Shown here: positions 24,431-37,500 of the stretch, piece after piece
Layout of the letters: each line of letters begins with the position of its first letter
Position numbering within the stretch: the stretch's first letter is position 1
NCBI RefSeq assembly: GCF_036321535.1
Contig: NC_087436.1
Span: 103,480,001 to 103,544,000 of the forward strand
Direction of reading: 5' to 3'
DNA: 64,000 bases
Source: Camelus dromedarius
Taxonomy: Eukaryota
Notes under the pieces: model-generated
Databases searched by the model: none
The model's input: the letters and a program-made list of their open reading frames with translations, nothing else
What the model was told of the DNA's origin: nothing
Translations under genes and position numbers: made by a program

Positions 24431-25593
24431 TTATACAGGATATTAGTGTTTTCAGAGTTTTATATACATAATCTTTGATGAATAATATATAAACCTGAGC
24501 CTGTTTCTCTTTTTAAAAATAATCATTCCCCATGCAGTTTATTTTATTGCTTCATTCTTGATTTTCATGTTTCCGCAACTCCACAGCAAAGGAAGAGCCT
24601 GCTCAGCTTTTGGCAAGCCTTCAGTGAGTAGTATGTCAGAGTGTTAAGTTGATGGATTTTTTTCCATGTGTAAATCATCCCAGGAAACAATTGATCTTTA
24701 GCTTGGAGGCCTCTGGGGTGGCATGGATATTTTATCTTTTCAAATGGGAATAATAATGGTCAAAACGATATTCAGGATTCCCTGAAATGTCTGTCTTGTG
24801 GTCTTCAGTTATACCAAAGTGTTTGCAAGTGCTGTAGAATTTGTCCAAACTGGAAAATTCTCGGCCCCGTACAAACTGATGGGGATCTCGATTGATTCCT
24901 CTTTCCTCTCCAAGCCACTATTCAGCAGAAGGCAGTCATAAATTTTGACGGATCATTTTTCTCTTCATGTTATGGACCGTTTAAGTGATTTGATAACAGG
25001 CACACTGCGGTCACCTCTTGTTTTCTGCCCAAGTGATTTAAATAGGATGAATCAAGTGGGGAACTTCAGGATTTCGCTTCAGGAGAAAGCCAATTAGCAC
25101 AGTTTAAAGTTTTAGAGATGTGGGCATGGGACACAGGTCTATGTAATCAGAGAGAATCTTAGCACTTTTTCTGGAAACACTGGGCTAATACTCTCACAAT
25201 CCCACTGGAGTTGGTTATTCAAGTTTGTGAGACTTAAAACAGCTGCATTCCAGTAGCAAGAGCTTGGAAATTCCAAGGGATCATTATGTAAGGATTCAGT
25301 TGTATCAGAGGAAACAGAGCTGTAAAATGAAATTGGTTGGCATCTTAGAGACATTGATCAAGTTCTCTTGAAAACTAAAGACTGCCTGAGCTGTTCTGTC
25401 TTGTGTGCCATTATCTGCTAAACCAGATAGTTTAGGCTTTCCATAGCTGAAACCTGAAATAATCCTGAAATAGTGGTTCCTCAATCTATTGTATTTTAGA
25501 TCACATTGAAGGTCCTAAATCTAGCATTCCTGATCCAACAGAATTGCAGCCTTCCCTCTAATTATTCAAAGCATAGTCATTGTTAAGATGTGC

Positions 25594-26404
25594 CTGGGTA
25601 ATAGAAATAAAAGCAAAACTAAACATATGGGACCTAATTAAGCTTACAAGCTTTTGTACAGCAAAGGAAATCATAAGCAAAACAAAAAGACAATCTACAG
25701 AATGGGAGAAAATATTTGCAAAAGATGAGACTGACAAGGGCTTAATTTCCAGAATATATAAACAGCTCATACAACTTAATAATAAAAAAAATCCAATCCA
25801 AAAATGGGCAGAAGACCCAAACTATTCTCCAATGAATACATACAAATGGCCAATAGGCACACAAAAATAATGCTCAGTATTGCTAAGTATCAGAGAAATG
25901 CAAATCAAAACTACTATGAAGTATCAGCTCACACCAGTCAGAACAGCCATCATTAAAAAGTCCACAAACAATAAATCCTGGAGAGGGTGTGGAGAAAAGG
26001 AAACCCTTTTACACTGTTGGTGGAAATATAGTTTGGTGCAGCCATTATGGAAAATAGTATGTAGATTCCTAAAAAAACTAAAAATAGACTTACCATATGA
26101 TCCAGCAATCCCCCTCCTAGGCATATATCCAGAGGAAACTTTAATTCGAAAAGATACATGCACCCCAATGTTCATAGCAGCACTACATACAATAGCCAAG
26201 ACACAGAAGCAACATAAATGTCCACTGACAGATGACTGGATAAAGAAGTTGTAATATATTTATACAACGGAATACTACTCAGCCATAAAAAAATAATAAA
26301 ATAATGCCATTTGCTGCAACATGGATGGACCTGGAGATTGTTATTCTAAGTGAAGCAAGCCACAAAAAGAAATAAAAATACCATATGATATCATTTATGT
26401 GAAA
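25594..26404 (+). mobile_element. Relatively young L1 fragment (ORF2 C-terminus), truncated at both ends, with a ~9-bp TSD
   Basis: ORFs 25580-25870 ([27 protein letters not shown]) and 25880-26254 ([44 protein letters not shown]) are clear L1 ORF2p; frame broken and Cys-rich motif partly mutated; TSD aagatgtgc (25585-25593) and aatatgtgc (26405-26413). Confidence 0.92.
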
Positions 26405-26560
26405 AATATGTGCAGAGGCCCTGAGGCAAGGCATAGCTCAGTAGCTTGGAGGAACTAAACCAAGGACAGAGTGGCTAAATCTCAGTGAGACAGAATGGCA
26501 CAGGATATTCCTGAAGAGACCCACAGTACCCAGAGCATGGAAACTAAAGATCAAGAGCTT
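26405..26560 (-). mobile_element. L2 fragment (host of the L1 insertion)
   Basis: atgtgcagaggccctgaggcaagg...ttggaggaactaaaccaaggacagagtggcta resembles antisense L2. Confidence 0.55.
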
Positions 26561-26669
26561 AATAAATTGCTGATGGCTTTATAGTAAATAAGCCTCCTAG
26601 ACTTGTGATATTCATACTATATCACATTTTCTTCTCAGAAATTACTGGCAAAATAATAGCATCTACTTA

Positions 26670-26855
26670 AATGTGATGTTAGAGCTTATAAAATACTTTT
26701 ACAATAATCCCCTTCAATTCTCAAAACAATCCTGTGAGTCACTAAGCCAGATAATAATCCATCAGAGCACATAAGGAATTTATGCTCAGAGATGATTTAC
26801 CAAACTACTCAAGATCACATAGCTAGTAAGTGGTGCAACAGGGATGTAAAATAAA
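26670..26855 (-). mobile_element. MIR fragment
   Basis: aattctcaaaacaatcctgtgag...gctcagaga..caagatcacatagctagtaagtgg. Confidence 0.7.
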
Positions 26856-27939
26856 GAAATCAAACTTCTTTATGCTTTGAGGTAGGTTAAGGACAAAGAA
26901 GTACCACATGGGCCATGTGTCTACTACATGTCAGATCTTGGATGGTATACTATTCAATTGTTATTCAGGAAGACCTTTGGCATTTAATTGTATTTGCAGT
27001 GATTTGGGATCAATTAGCTATTTTTTTTCTTTCCTTCATCATACAATATGTCATAGCATTCTAGCATTTTAACTCAATGTTAATTGGAGGAAAAGTGACA
27101 GTAAATGCTTCTATTTTCAAGAGCAGATCTGCTAGAATAGAAAGATGTTAACATGTGAAAGATATTCTTATAAAATAATAGTATCCAAAATAGAAATGAT
27201 TAAAGTGAGCACATATTACCATTACACTTTAGGGAATATAATGTACCAGCCTAAGGCAAACGAAAGCATGCTTTACTCACTGAATCATTAAATCACCTAC
27301 CAGTTTTTCTCAAAAGAAAGAGTATTTGGAGCAAATAGTGACTAATATCTCATCTGGCCTCTCTCTGTATCTCTACCTCTGTCTATTCATATATATGAAT
27401 AACTACATATGCATATTTATGTAAAATATATATATATTTTTTCCTTGCTAGTTCTTTCATAGAAATTTTTAAGCCTGGCTGGAGCGGTGATACACTATTT
27501 TTATTTTGAGGGATAAAAACTTTATTTTTTTAATTGTCACTATACAAATTTCAGTAAAAATTAGCTATACAGGTGTTGGAAACTCACAATATTTAAAATT
27601 TTTGGATTAATGACATTAAGAGAATTCTCCTTAAACATATTAAACATCAAAAAATTAAAGAGAACTGGGATTCTGATGAGGATAGAGACTGCTTCATTTA
27701 GCTCTATCCTTGTAGAGAACAGTATGTCTGACACATCTCAAGGGCTAATGACTGACCTGTGACAGAATTACTAACACATAAAAAGCAAGACTGTGACATT
27801 CCTGCAGAAAGTCGTCAGCTGCAGATACCACTCAAAGTGGTTTTCCAAGCCAGCTGATGCTTAGCCAGCAGTGGTTTTTATTTTATATTCCATAAATAGT
27901 TTTAAACATAAATTCTTCTAGGTTTTGCCATCAGGTTAC

Positions 27940-28080
27940 ATACTGGAAGAAGAATGAACTTCTGATTCAGTCAGACCCATTTTCCAGGATCCTGACCTTG
28001 AGCACAGTATTAAACTTGTAAAGCTCAGTTTTCCCATCTGTAAAATGAGATTACCACATCTGCATCCCATAATTGCATCA
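27940..28080 (+). mobile_element. MIR fragment
   Basis: tgaccttgagcac..ctcagttttcccatctgtaaaatgagatta. Confidence 0.7.
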
Positions 28081-29089
28081 GACACCTTAACAGATACTAG
28101 CAATACGTCTCACCCATATGGGACTCAAAGTCTAATAAGACTTGGTATTTTAACATAAGCAAAGAACATGGCAAAATATCTTGCATGCAGTAGAAGCTCA
28201 GAAATGAACATCTCCCCTCCTGTTGATGCCATGTGAGCCACGCCATGAAGTGTATTTGGTTATTCTAGAACTTCTTTGCAATTAATTGACTGGGCATTAC
28301 TTATGTTGCCTGTATTTGAAGTCTCACGTGTAAGCATGTTTTGAGTTAAAATTTAAGAGGAACAAATGGTTATACACTCCCCTCTTTAGGGACATGAAAG
28401 ACATTGTTAGGAAACAGGACATTATGAAGTCTTAATACAGCGAATAGTCCTTGCCACCTGACAGGACATTCATTTTTTTTTTTCAAGGGCACAAATAATG
28501 CTTTCTACACAAGCAAAGGTTACGTACTATCAATCATAGTTTGGAACTTCTGTCTCATCTACACAATCAGGTAAATATTTAACTCTCCTAGTAAAACTAT
28601 ATACAACAGAGGGCAGCAGTGAGCAACAGTGTGGTCAGGGAAGGTCAGCTGCAATACATAGGTTAAGTTGAGCCTGTGTGTCCAGCTGACCTGAGAGAAA
28701 AGGACATAAAGTTTCTGACTTGAAATGGATTTTTAGCTAAAAGTTGACAATAGCTGGCAAAATGCATTTAGTGTTACATCCAGTCCCAAACTTTTGAGAT
28801 TGTTTGATGTTTGATGAATCCAAAATAGTGGTCAGATCACCAAGTCTTTTCTTCCCCTATAACATCAGTATTTATTGGAAAATTCCCATTTGAGTAATAA
28901 ACAATTACAACACTACTGACATCCACCCTCTGGAAAATGTAGAACAGCCATAGTCTCTTTCTTGCCCCCAGCCATCTGGTACCTTAGAAAGTTGTGTTTA
29001 TGTTGAAAGAAAGAGCCTGTCAGAACCAAATTAAATGACAGTGATGGGTATTACTAAATTTCAGAGTATGCAAATATATATTAATTTAT

Positions 29090-29950
29090 TCACTTATTTA
29101 CCCATGCATTCATCTACATTTTTATTTGTACTCATATAATCAGCAAATATTGAAATAATTGATTAATTTAAATAAATGTTAAATAACATCTTCTATCACC
29201 AGTCACCATTCTAGACAGTGGGAACAGAAAAGATATCTGGACTAAGAGCATCCCTCCTTTCTTACAACTAAACTATCTAGATGCCGAGAAATGAAAATCA
29301 ATGAAAAAACCAATAAAATATCTAAAATTAGTTCAAGTTTTTATTCCAGCTAATAGGGACCTAAAATTCAAACAAATTGTGGCGGCCAGCAGTAGTAGAG
29401 GGCAGTTCTTTAGATAAAGTGGTTTGGAATGCCCCTTTAAGGGCGACAGTATTTAAGATCAGATCAGGATGAGTAAGAAAAGAAATAGTCAAATATGAAT
29501 CAGCAAAAGTGTGTTTTTGTTGGAAGATTTGAATTTGAAAGGTCTTGAGTTGGAAAAGAACTTGGACTATTTGAGTAAGAGGGACAACATCCATGTAATT
29601 GGACCCTGGATAACAATGGGACAGAGACTCTGGACAAGACGGTAGTGAAAGCTAGAGGTCGGGTTTATCAGAACACTGTAGACAGTGATTAGACATTTAA
29701 ATTTTATTCCTACTGCATGGGTGGTTGAAAGCAGTAGAATAGCATGTTAAGATTTCCATTTTCAAAATGCCATTTGGGCTGCTATAAAGATTGTGGGTTA
29801 ATCAGATGCCAAGGCAGAAGAAGGAAAACTCGGCAGGAAGCTCCTGTAAGACTTCAGGAAAGAAATGATACTGACCTGGATGTGTTGATCAGGGTGTGTT
29901 TACAGAAGTCACATTTAGAAGACACAATGAACAACATAAATTGGTATCAT
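29090..29950 (-). mobile_element. Decayed L2
   Basis: Antisense tail (ttcacttatttacccatgcattcat), then tttaagatcagatcaggatgag, aaaggtcttgagttggaaaagaacttgg, ttttattcct, gatttccattttcaaaa. Confidence 0.6.
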
Positions 29951-30646
29951 AATTAATAAAGGCTTGGGATTAATCTATTAAAATTCTTGCATTTTATCTA
30001 CATGAGACTGGAAACCTAGAGACTTGATGTCATGACCAAAATCACAAAGCTAGTTCATGGCAGAACTATGGCTCTGCTAATTTGGTTTTCAATTCAGGCT
30101 GAACTTCAGGTGAATAGATTCTAACAGGAAAACTGGCTGGTCTGCCACCACTAATATTTCTAAGATATACTGACATAAGAGGTAGAATTAAAATTCTCAT
30201 CCTTTAATTAATGTAATAATGATGATGATGACAGAGATGATGATGACAGTGATGATGACAGCAACACACTTTTAATTGTTGGTTATCATATGTGATCCTG
30301 TGATAAGCCCTTGCTTAGCTAACTCACACAACAATTCTATGAGAAAGATACTAAGTGATTAGTACACAACTACACTACACAAGAGGTTATAAAGGCTGAT
30401 TTAGTAATTGACCTAACTCTAGCATTAGTAAGCGTAAGACCCACATATATTTTATTCTAAAGAATATGTTGTTTTCCAACAATTAAAATATATAATTACT
30501 TATTCTCATGCTATTGAAAATCAAAAATACATTTGTATATAGAAAGAAGGTAAAAACATTAACTAAAATGTCAGCCCTAAATAACATCCCAAAATATTTT
30601 GATAACTTCATGCTTTTCTTTATGTATTTAACTGAATTTAAACAGT

Positions 30647-31100
30647 TTTTAAATGATTATTTTTATTGATGTATAGTTGATTAACAATATTATATTAGTT
30701 TCAGGTGTAAACATAGTGATTTAAAATTTTTATAGATTATACTTCATTTATAGTTATTATAAAATATTGGCTGTATTCCCTGTGCTGTACAATATATCCT
30801 GTAGCTTATTTATTTTATACATAGTAGACTGAACCTCTTAATCCCCTGTATTTATCATGCCCCTCCCTTCTTCCCACTCTGCACTGGTAATCACTAGTTT
30901 TTTCTTTTTTTTCTACATCTGTGAGTCTGTTTCTGTTTTTTCATATTCCTTCATTTATTTTCTAGATTCCACATATAAGTGATATTATAAAGTATTTGTC
31001 TTTCTCTGATTTATTTCACTAAGCATAATACCCTCCAGGTCCATCCATATTGTTGCAAATGGCAGCATTACATTCTTTCTTATGGCTGAGTAGTACTCCA
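30647..31100 (-). mobile_element. 5'-truncated L1 3' end (artiodactyl-type)
   Basis: ttttattgatgtatagttgatt..ccctgtgctgtacaata..tagattccacatataagtgata..ggtccatccatattgttgcaaatggca. Confidence 0.88.
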
Positions 31101-32064
31101 AGTCTAGTTATAGTCCAAAGACTTAAAAGAGACAGAAAAGAATTATTTGAAAATGAAATCTTTTTGCTTTTTTACTAACTAATTATATTCCAGGAATGAT
31201 AAAAAGTAAAACGATAGTCACGAGTGCAAAAACTCGGTATAATTCCACCTATTCCTCATGTAGGGTACTAGCCTGCAAAGCTAAGGCATAGGAGAAAGAA
31301 AATGGCAAATTTTTGGATGGAATCTCCAGAAAAAAATGGATTTACCATTTGTGAGGAGTTCACCGAAGTAGAATTGAAGACTTCTGATAGTGTTTTTCTT
31401 TTATAGCAAATTATTTCGGTCTCTGACTCTGAGTCTGCATATATTAGAGTCAAAATAAATTGAACCCTTCACTCTTTATCTCTTCTCCAAATTTCTTTGC
31501 TGTGATTAACAGTCATGTACTATGTAAGATTTAAAGCCTATTCATGGTGCTAAGCTAAGCCAGTGCTTAATGCTATTATCAACATTGGTGTTAAAGTAAA
31601 TTTAGAGTCATTTGCTTTAAATGACTTCTTGTGGACCACTTAACTGTTGACAAATATAGTTGAGCTAATGTATAACTCCTGAAGCTTCTCCCTGCACAAT
31701 TATCTAAAAGACTTTGATATCAATCTTCTTTATTGTGTCATTCTGTCAAGCAAAAAGTAGTCAAGGGGTCTGAGTAATTTTGCTCCTCCAACAAATAGAA
31801 AAACAGCTAAAAACTTCTAAAGCTATTATTCACACAAGTTTGGGGCATCTATGTCCCCTCAAATCACAGAATGAGTTCACCAAAAGGTAACAAATGATGG
31901 CTAGGAGGAGTAATGGCACAGAGTTCTGAGGGAAGCACATTTGGCAGGAAGCTTTGTGCCTGTGTCTATGCACTGTATACGCATTAAGAGAAAGCAATTT
32001 TGTCACTCTCTGCCTCTCCCTTTTTCTCTTATCAAATATCAAAGCAAGGCTGAAATACATCATG

Positions 32065-32265
32065 AGAGACTTTCTGAAAATCATGCTGCAATGCACCTAG
32101 AACAGCATTACCTGGAGGTCTTCTTAAAATTTTTAATATCCAGAACCTACCCTGGAAGATTTTGAGCCAGTCAATTTTGAGTGGGGTTCAGGATTTTTAA
32201 TAAATAACCCAAGTTATTCTCATGCCTCCAGCTTGAGGGCTGGCTTTTGAAAACCCATGGTCTAG
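32065..32265. mobile_element. hAT-Charlie MITE fragment (MER5-like)
   Basis: cattacctggagg..ttaaaattttaatatccaga..cccaagttattctcatgc..tttgaaaacccatggtctag. Confidence 0.5.
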
Positions 32266-33759
32266 ATGACCCAGTAAATAACCCCTGGAAAAGTACAGAG
32301 ACACACTACATACAAGGTTTAGCTTCATTGCCCATAATAGGAATTCAATACTTTAAGTCTCTGAATTGGTCATTTGCTCAAACTGCTCAAGGTGTGAAAA
32401 ACCTGTAAAACCTAGCATGTTTGAAAATCGTAGCATCAATTGCAGTTTATATTTTAAAACTTTAAATCATTTTAAGCATTCACCCTCAAACACCTTCTGA
32501 TTCAAGCTTCATTAGGATTTTTCTCTTATGTCTTGGCTACTGTGATGAGCTTTATTTCTCTACGTGTGAATTAGCTTCTTAACAGGGTGAATATCATTAT
32601 GAAATGAGAAGATATGAATCAATGCAGAGGGAAAAATCCTTTTTCTCTTCCCCTCAATGTGTAGTAATATGCTCTCAGTATGCATGAGAGTTTGATGAAT
32701 AAATTAAAAGACAATTTCTAAATTATATATTGATTTTTATATATCATGAAATAAGGCTATGTACCTGATGAATGCCATCATAAAGGGCATAAATCTTAAA
32801 ACAAAAAGGTGAAAAATAATAAAGTTTAAAAACATAGCCCTTTATAGTAAAATATATTAGTGCCCATTTTCTCTGGAACCTGAGAACAGTAACTATCCTA
32901 TGTTATTAAGATGTTTTAAATAATTATTAACTTACTAACAGTGAAGCACAAAGCCGTAAAGCTTTAGTCATTTCTCTAGTATAGGCTGGCATCCAATTAA
33001 AAAATGAATATTCTGGGAGCATACAATCCGTCATGTAGTATGTTCTATTTCAAAAACTCATCAAATTTCCACTGATGATGTTTGCAAAGTTCGGGGCAGT
33101 TTTTCTGTTTAGTTTTCTTTTTGGCACCTTGTGAGAAGGCACCCATGGGTAAAGTTATGCCCACAACCAAAAAATTGTTGTGTAAAACAATAAGGGCTAC
33201 ATATGAAGATAACTTTAGAAAACTGAGAACAGCATACAACTGTTTAGCAGGATATAAAAGCTACACTGTAAACATAATCATCCACATCCTTTGTATTTTT
33301 TTAAAGATTAATATTAGATTTTTTGAAATTAGGGCTGGCCCTTGGTCCATTAGGTATCCAGACAGCACACTGGCCCATAGTGCTTGAACTGGTTAGGTTT
33401 CCATTCTGATTGGCCAAAGCCTACGCTTCTGGTTGTTCACTACTTTGAATGTATCCTGCTTGTTTATTAGCATCAACATAGGAACGTGATATAAAGCTTT
33501 CCCTGCCTTTCCAATCTTGTTGTCTACGACACTTCCAAGGGTGACTTTCTTTTAAACTCTTTTAGAACACACATTTAGTAAGACTAGAAATACCATGCGC
33601 AGTAAAGTGCAGGCGTTAATTTTTTCAGTGAAAACTGTCAACCCAGCTTTTTTTTTTCAGGGCAACAATTAATGTAGAATAGCAAGAATAGGAAAATAAA
33701 GAAGGCTCTCAAAGTGCTGAAGCAGTTGATTGGATCATGCAGAAAGTGAAGGTCCTTCT

Positions 33760-33885
33760 AACCAGAGAATCTTGATCATCTGAGTGCATTCTCTCATTAC
33801 ACAGATAGGGAAACAGGGTCAGAGAGATTATGAGGCTTTAAGGAGCTCACAGTTAGTTTAGTGCAGAATTAGGACTGTGATATGA
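33760..33885 (-). mobile_element. MIR fragment
   Basis: ctcattacacagatagggaaacagggtcagagaga..ctcacagttagtttagtgcagaattagga. Confidence 0.65.
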
Positions 33886-33988
33886 TCCATGCAAACGATA
33901 ACTACTCTGTAATGCATATATATGATGGATGGGTGGATGGAAAAAAAACAAAAACAAGAGCCTTTACAGAAGGGACATTCCTACTATA

Positions 33989-34200
33989 CAAGTGTTTCTC
34001 AAACTTGTTTTCCCTCATGTGATACACCTCAGGGATAACAGTCACCTGTGTGACCCACATTCACTACTTTTTACTATGGGGCTCTACACTCATAAGATTA
34101 TCATCAAGTTATATAAAATTCCCAGGAACCTAACTGTAATTATATCTTATGTCCTTCTCAACCCACTGTTGTGGCTTACGATCATATTTGAGAACCATTA
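33989..34200. mobile_element. hAT-Charlie-like non-autonomous element
   Basis: Inverted-terminal-like ends agtgtttctcaaa ... tttgagaaccatt. Confidence 0.45.
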
Positions 34201-37119
34201 TGCTACTTAATGCTACCAAAATGATGAACTGACTCAAAGTTAGATGCCTAAGAATTTGGCTTTTATAAAACTAGAATAATATACTGTCATCAAAAAGACT
34301 TCTTTAACATAAGCTATTTCTCTTTGCTTCCTGATGTTATTTCTAAAACCTCAAATCCCCAATCATCTACTCTGGTGATTTCTTCAAGGAGCACAGATCG
34401 TACGGTAATATGGAACGTATGAGTCTGCAACATTTCCTTATGTTGATCACTAGATCACATCGTTGAGGCTACTGTCTTTAACCTTAGCAAACAATGAGTT
34501 ATGAATAGAGTAGAGCTAGCAATAACAGCTTGCTTCAGTCCACAAAATTTGTAAACCTGAGATTTGAAGTACGAGTTATAATTAGGATAAAAGCAGATTA
34601 TTTTCTAATAATTGTAAGAGTAACAGCTTGAAAATATTCAGAAATATATTTCTAGAGAAAACAAGAAAATGCATAGAAGCATTTCTAAATTTAAATTTAA
34701 TAATTAGTTATCTATATAATCACACCTAGTGAACCTAAGACGTTTCTATAGGCTCATGGAGCCTTTAAGTTGCCTTTGGTTAATTTTTAAGCACAGTAAC
34801 TGGCAAATGTTTCTAACACAATTAGGTTCAAGTAACTGATATAAAAATGTAAAAAGTCAGGGATAACCATGTGATTTCACCAAGGTGTCAATAAAAATGC
34901 ATATATCACATGTGTGTGCATGTACATGTGCATATACAATTAACATACACATTTTAAAACAGTTAAGTAACACAGAATTCAGAAATATATAAATAACAAA
35001 TCAATACCCTACTTCAATCCCATTTCACAGTGAACATTGCTCACTAATACCAAGTTTTGAGAATAAGAAAAAATAATCAGAACTGTCTCAATGTGCAGAC
35101 TTAAAGCCAGGAATGATTCTGAAGAAACATTGGTTCTCAAGCAATTAATCCATACTGCCAGCCATGGGCTTCTGCCTCACTGAAGACACATAGTAGAAAG
35201 AGGAAAAAGGACACATCTCTGTTCATGCTTGCATTAAGCACTCACCCACTGTTAATTGGATTAGATTAGAGCACCAGACAAATCTGCAAGTAAAACTTGC
35301 GTCAGTGTGATGATATTTTCCATTTATGGTACAATAATATTTCTTGGGCTCCTTGAAAGCAAGATCAATTGTAATTGCTGAACGATTTTTACTATAAGCC
35401 TTGCTTCCTTGCTGATGTTAAAGGGTATATGAGTTCCTTGCTGTGAGACTGCACAGTGCAAAGATTATATAAACAAATAGAAATCACTTGAATCCACCTT
35501 TTACCACACATCATTCCTCAGTTCTAAATATCCATAATCCTCAAAACGTGGATGCTGTGGCCTCATTAGCATGAGGAAATGTGGCATTCTTATTTTTAGG
35601 CTCAGAAATACACTACCCACACCATTTTATTGCCCATCTTAGATTATCTTCCTCATCTGAATTTATACAAGGGCAAACAGAGTTTTGCTCCAAACTGTGG
35701 TGGAACAACTGAAAAACTCTCGAAGCAATTCCAGAATTTACTGCGCATGGAGAAAACATTTCTCTACAGGGACAAAAAGCTAAGAGAACACAACAGCAAA
35801 TGTATGACTGCTGCATTCTCTGGTTCTATTTCGTGCCAAACAGCTAGATGGATAGATACACAAACACTCTGCATAAACATATGTTAATATCTGCCAGATA
35901 ATTTTCAAAATGAAATGCAGGCATGCTCTGGAGAACTTCTTCCAAGTAAACATCTCCCTAGTAGAAGGCCTTTTAGTATTTAAAACCCAGTCTTCTGACA
36001 AATTTCTACATCTTAACAATGTGTTATATAGCTAATGTTTATATAAGGACAGTCTGTATTTTTATTCACCAAATTCAGCACAATTTTAACACAAAATGAT
36101 TGTGGTAAACCCTCAAGTTATATTCCACAGACCATTGGTCAAAAGACACAATTATATCTGGACATTTTAAAAGATCACTGAGTGCCTTAAAAAAGTATAT
36201 GCCTCCTGGATGTTAGTGAGTCTGGGCATCATAGTTTCATGATTAGTGAAGACAGTCCCCAGTCATCACACGCTCATTCTGAGTGTATTTCTGCAGGGCC
36301 TTTCTCACACAGCCCTTGTTTTAGCCTGGTGTTTCATAAGTCCCTAAGAAGTTGAGAAGGTGCTAAACGAAACTATAAGAAGGAAGCAAAACAAGTAAGG
36401 AAAAAAGTTAACAGATGATTAATTGGTGATCAGAAAGCATTTTAAGAATTTTGTATCTTAAGATAACAGTTTGTTACATATATAAGCACTGGTTTCTTGT
36501 GTTTTAGCTATATTTTAGGGTGTTGATTAGAGGCTTTAGTGGATGCTTAAATGCATTATATATTTTTTTTCTCCACTTGAAACAAAGGGATATGGGCTTG
36601 CTGTTAGAGTCCTAACTCAGAATATCCGATTTTTGAAAATAGATGACTGTCAAGGATCTAGAGATGTCTTTTATGTAAACACAGAGATGATTACTAAGTC
36701 ACGTATCACTTATGTAATATTTCTATCAAATGACTATAAATTAAAAAATTCAAAGTTTATTTGAAAGCAAATTTAAGTTTAAAATTGTCACATCATATTT
36801 TCCATAATCTAAAATGATAATGAAATGATCATAAATAATTTATAAAAGTATATACTAATCTACACTAGTGATTGAAGAAAATTAACTTAGAATTTGAATA
36901 ACAGTTACAACTAATTGCTTTTTTATATCTATAATCTAATTTTAAATTCAAAAATTAGACTAATACTTTATAATACAGTTTTTGTATACATTAAATCTAT
37001 TTATATTTTATTTACTATCTTGGAGGTAATTTTATGTAGCACTTCACACATTCTTTGTGGTAATACCATATTCAGCCAATATCTGCATATGTCAAATGAA
37101 ATAATGTGCAATAGTAGAT

Positions 37120-37500
37120 TGCATGGGTCAAAATCTCAACACCCGATCTGCTCTACTTACTAGCAGTTAGATTAGGCAAGTTGCATTACTTCTCAGTTTA
37201 ATATGGTTGAGATAACAATAGAGCCTGCTCCACAGAGTCATTTTGGTTGAACGTGTAAAACAGTTCATACAATAAATGTTAGTTATTACTGCAAATTGCT
37301 GGCTGTCCAAGTGAATAATGTATTTGAGTTCTGATTTTTTTAAGCATAATTTTCCTTGCATGTGCAATGCAGATGATAATATAACCTACCTTACAGAGCT
37401 GTGAGGATTAAATATACAAATTGACAGTAAGTTTTTAGCATAAAATCTGGAACAGAGTAAAGCTTTAATGTGAAATTTTATGTTTATTAATATCATTGTG
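37120..37500 (+). mobile_element. Two MIR fragments
   Basis: ctctacttactagc..taggcaagttgc..ctcagttta; and ataatataacctaccttacagagctgtgaggattaaat. Confidence 0.65.

Noticed and set aside
25580..26254. L1 ORF2p ORFs as a functional CDS
   Set aside because: Only the C-terminal part is present; the frame is broken, Cys-motif residues are lost, and there is no promoter, endonuclease or RT domain.
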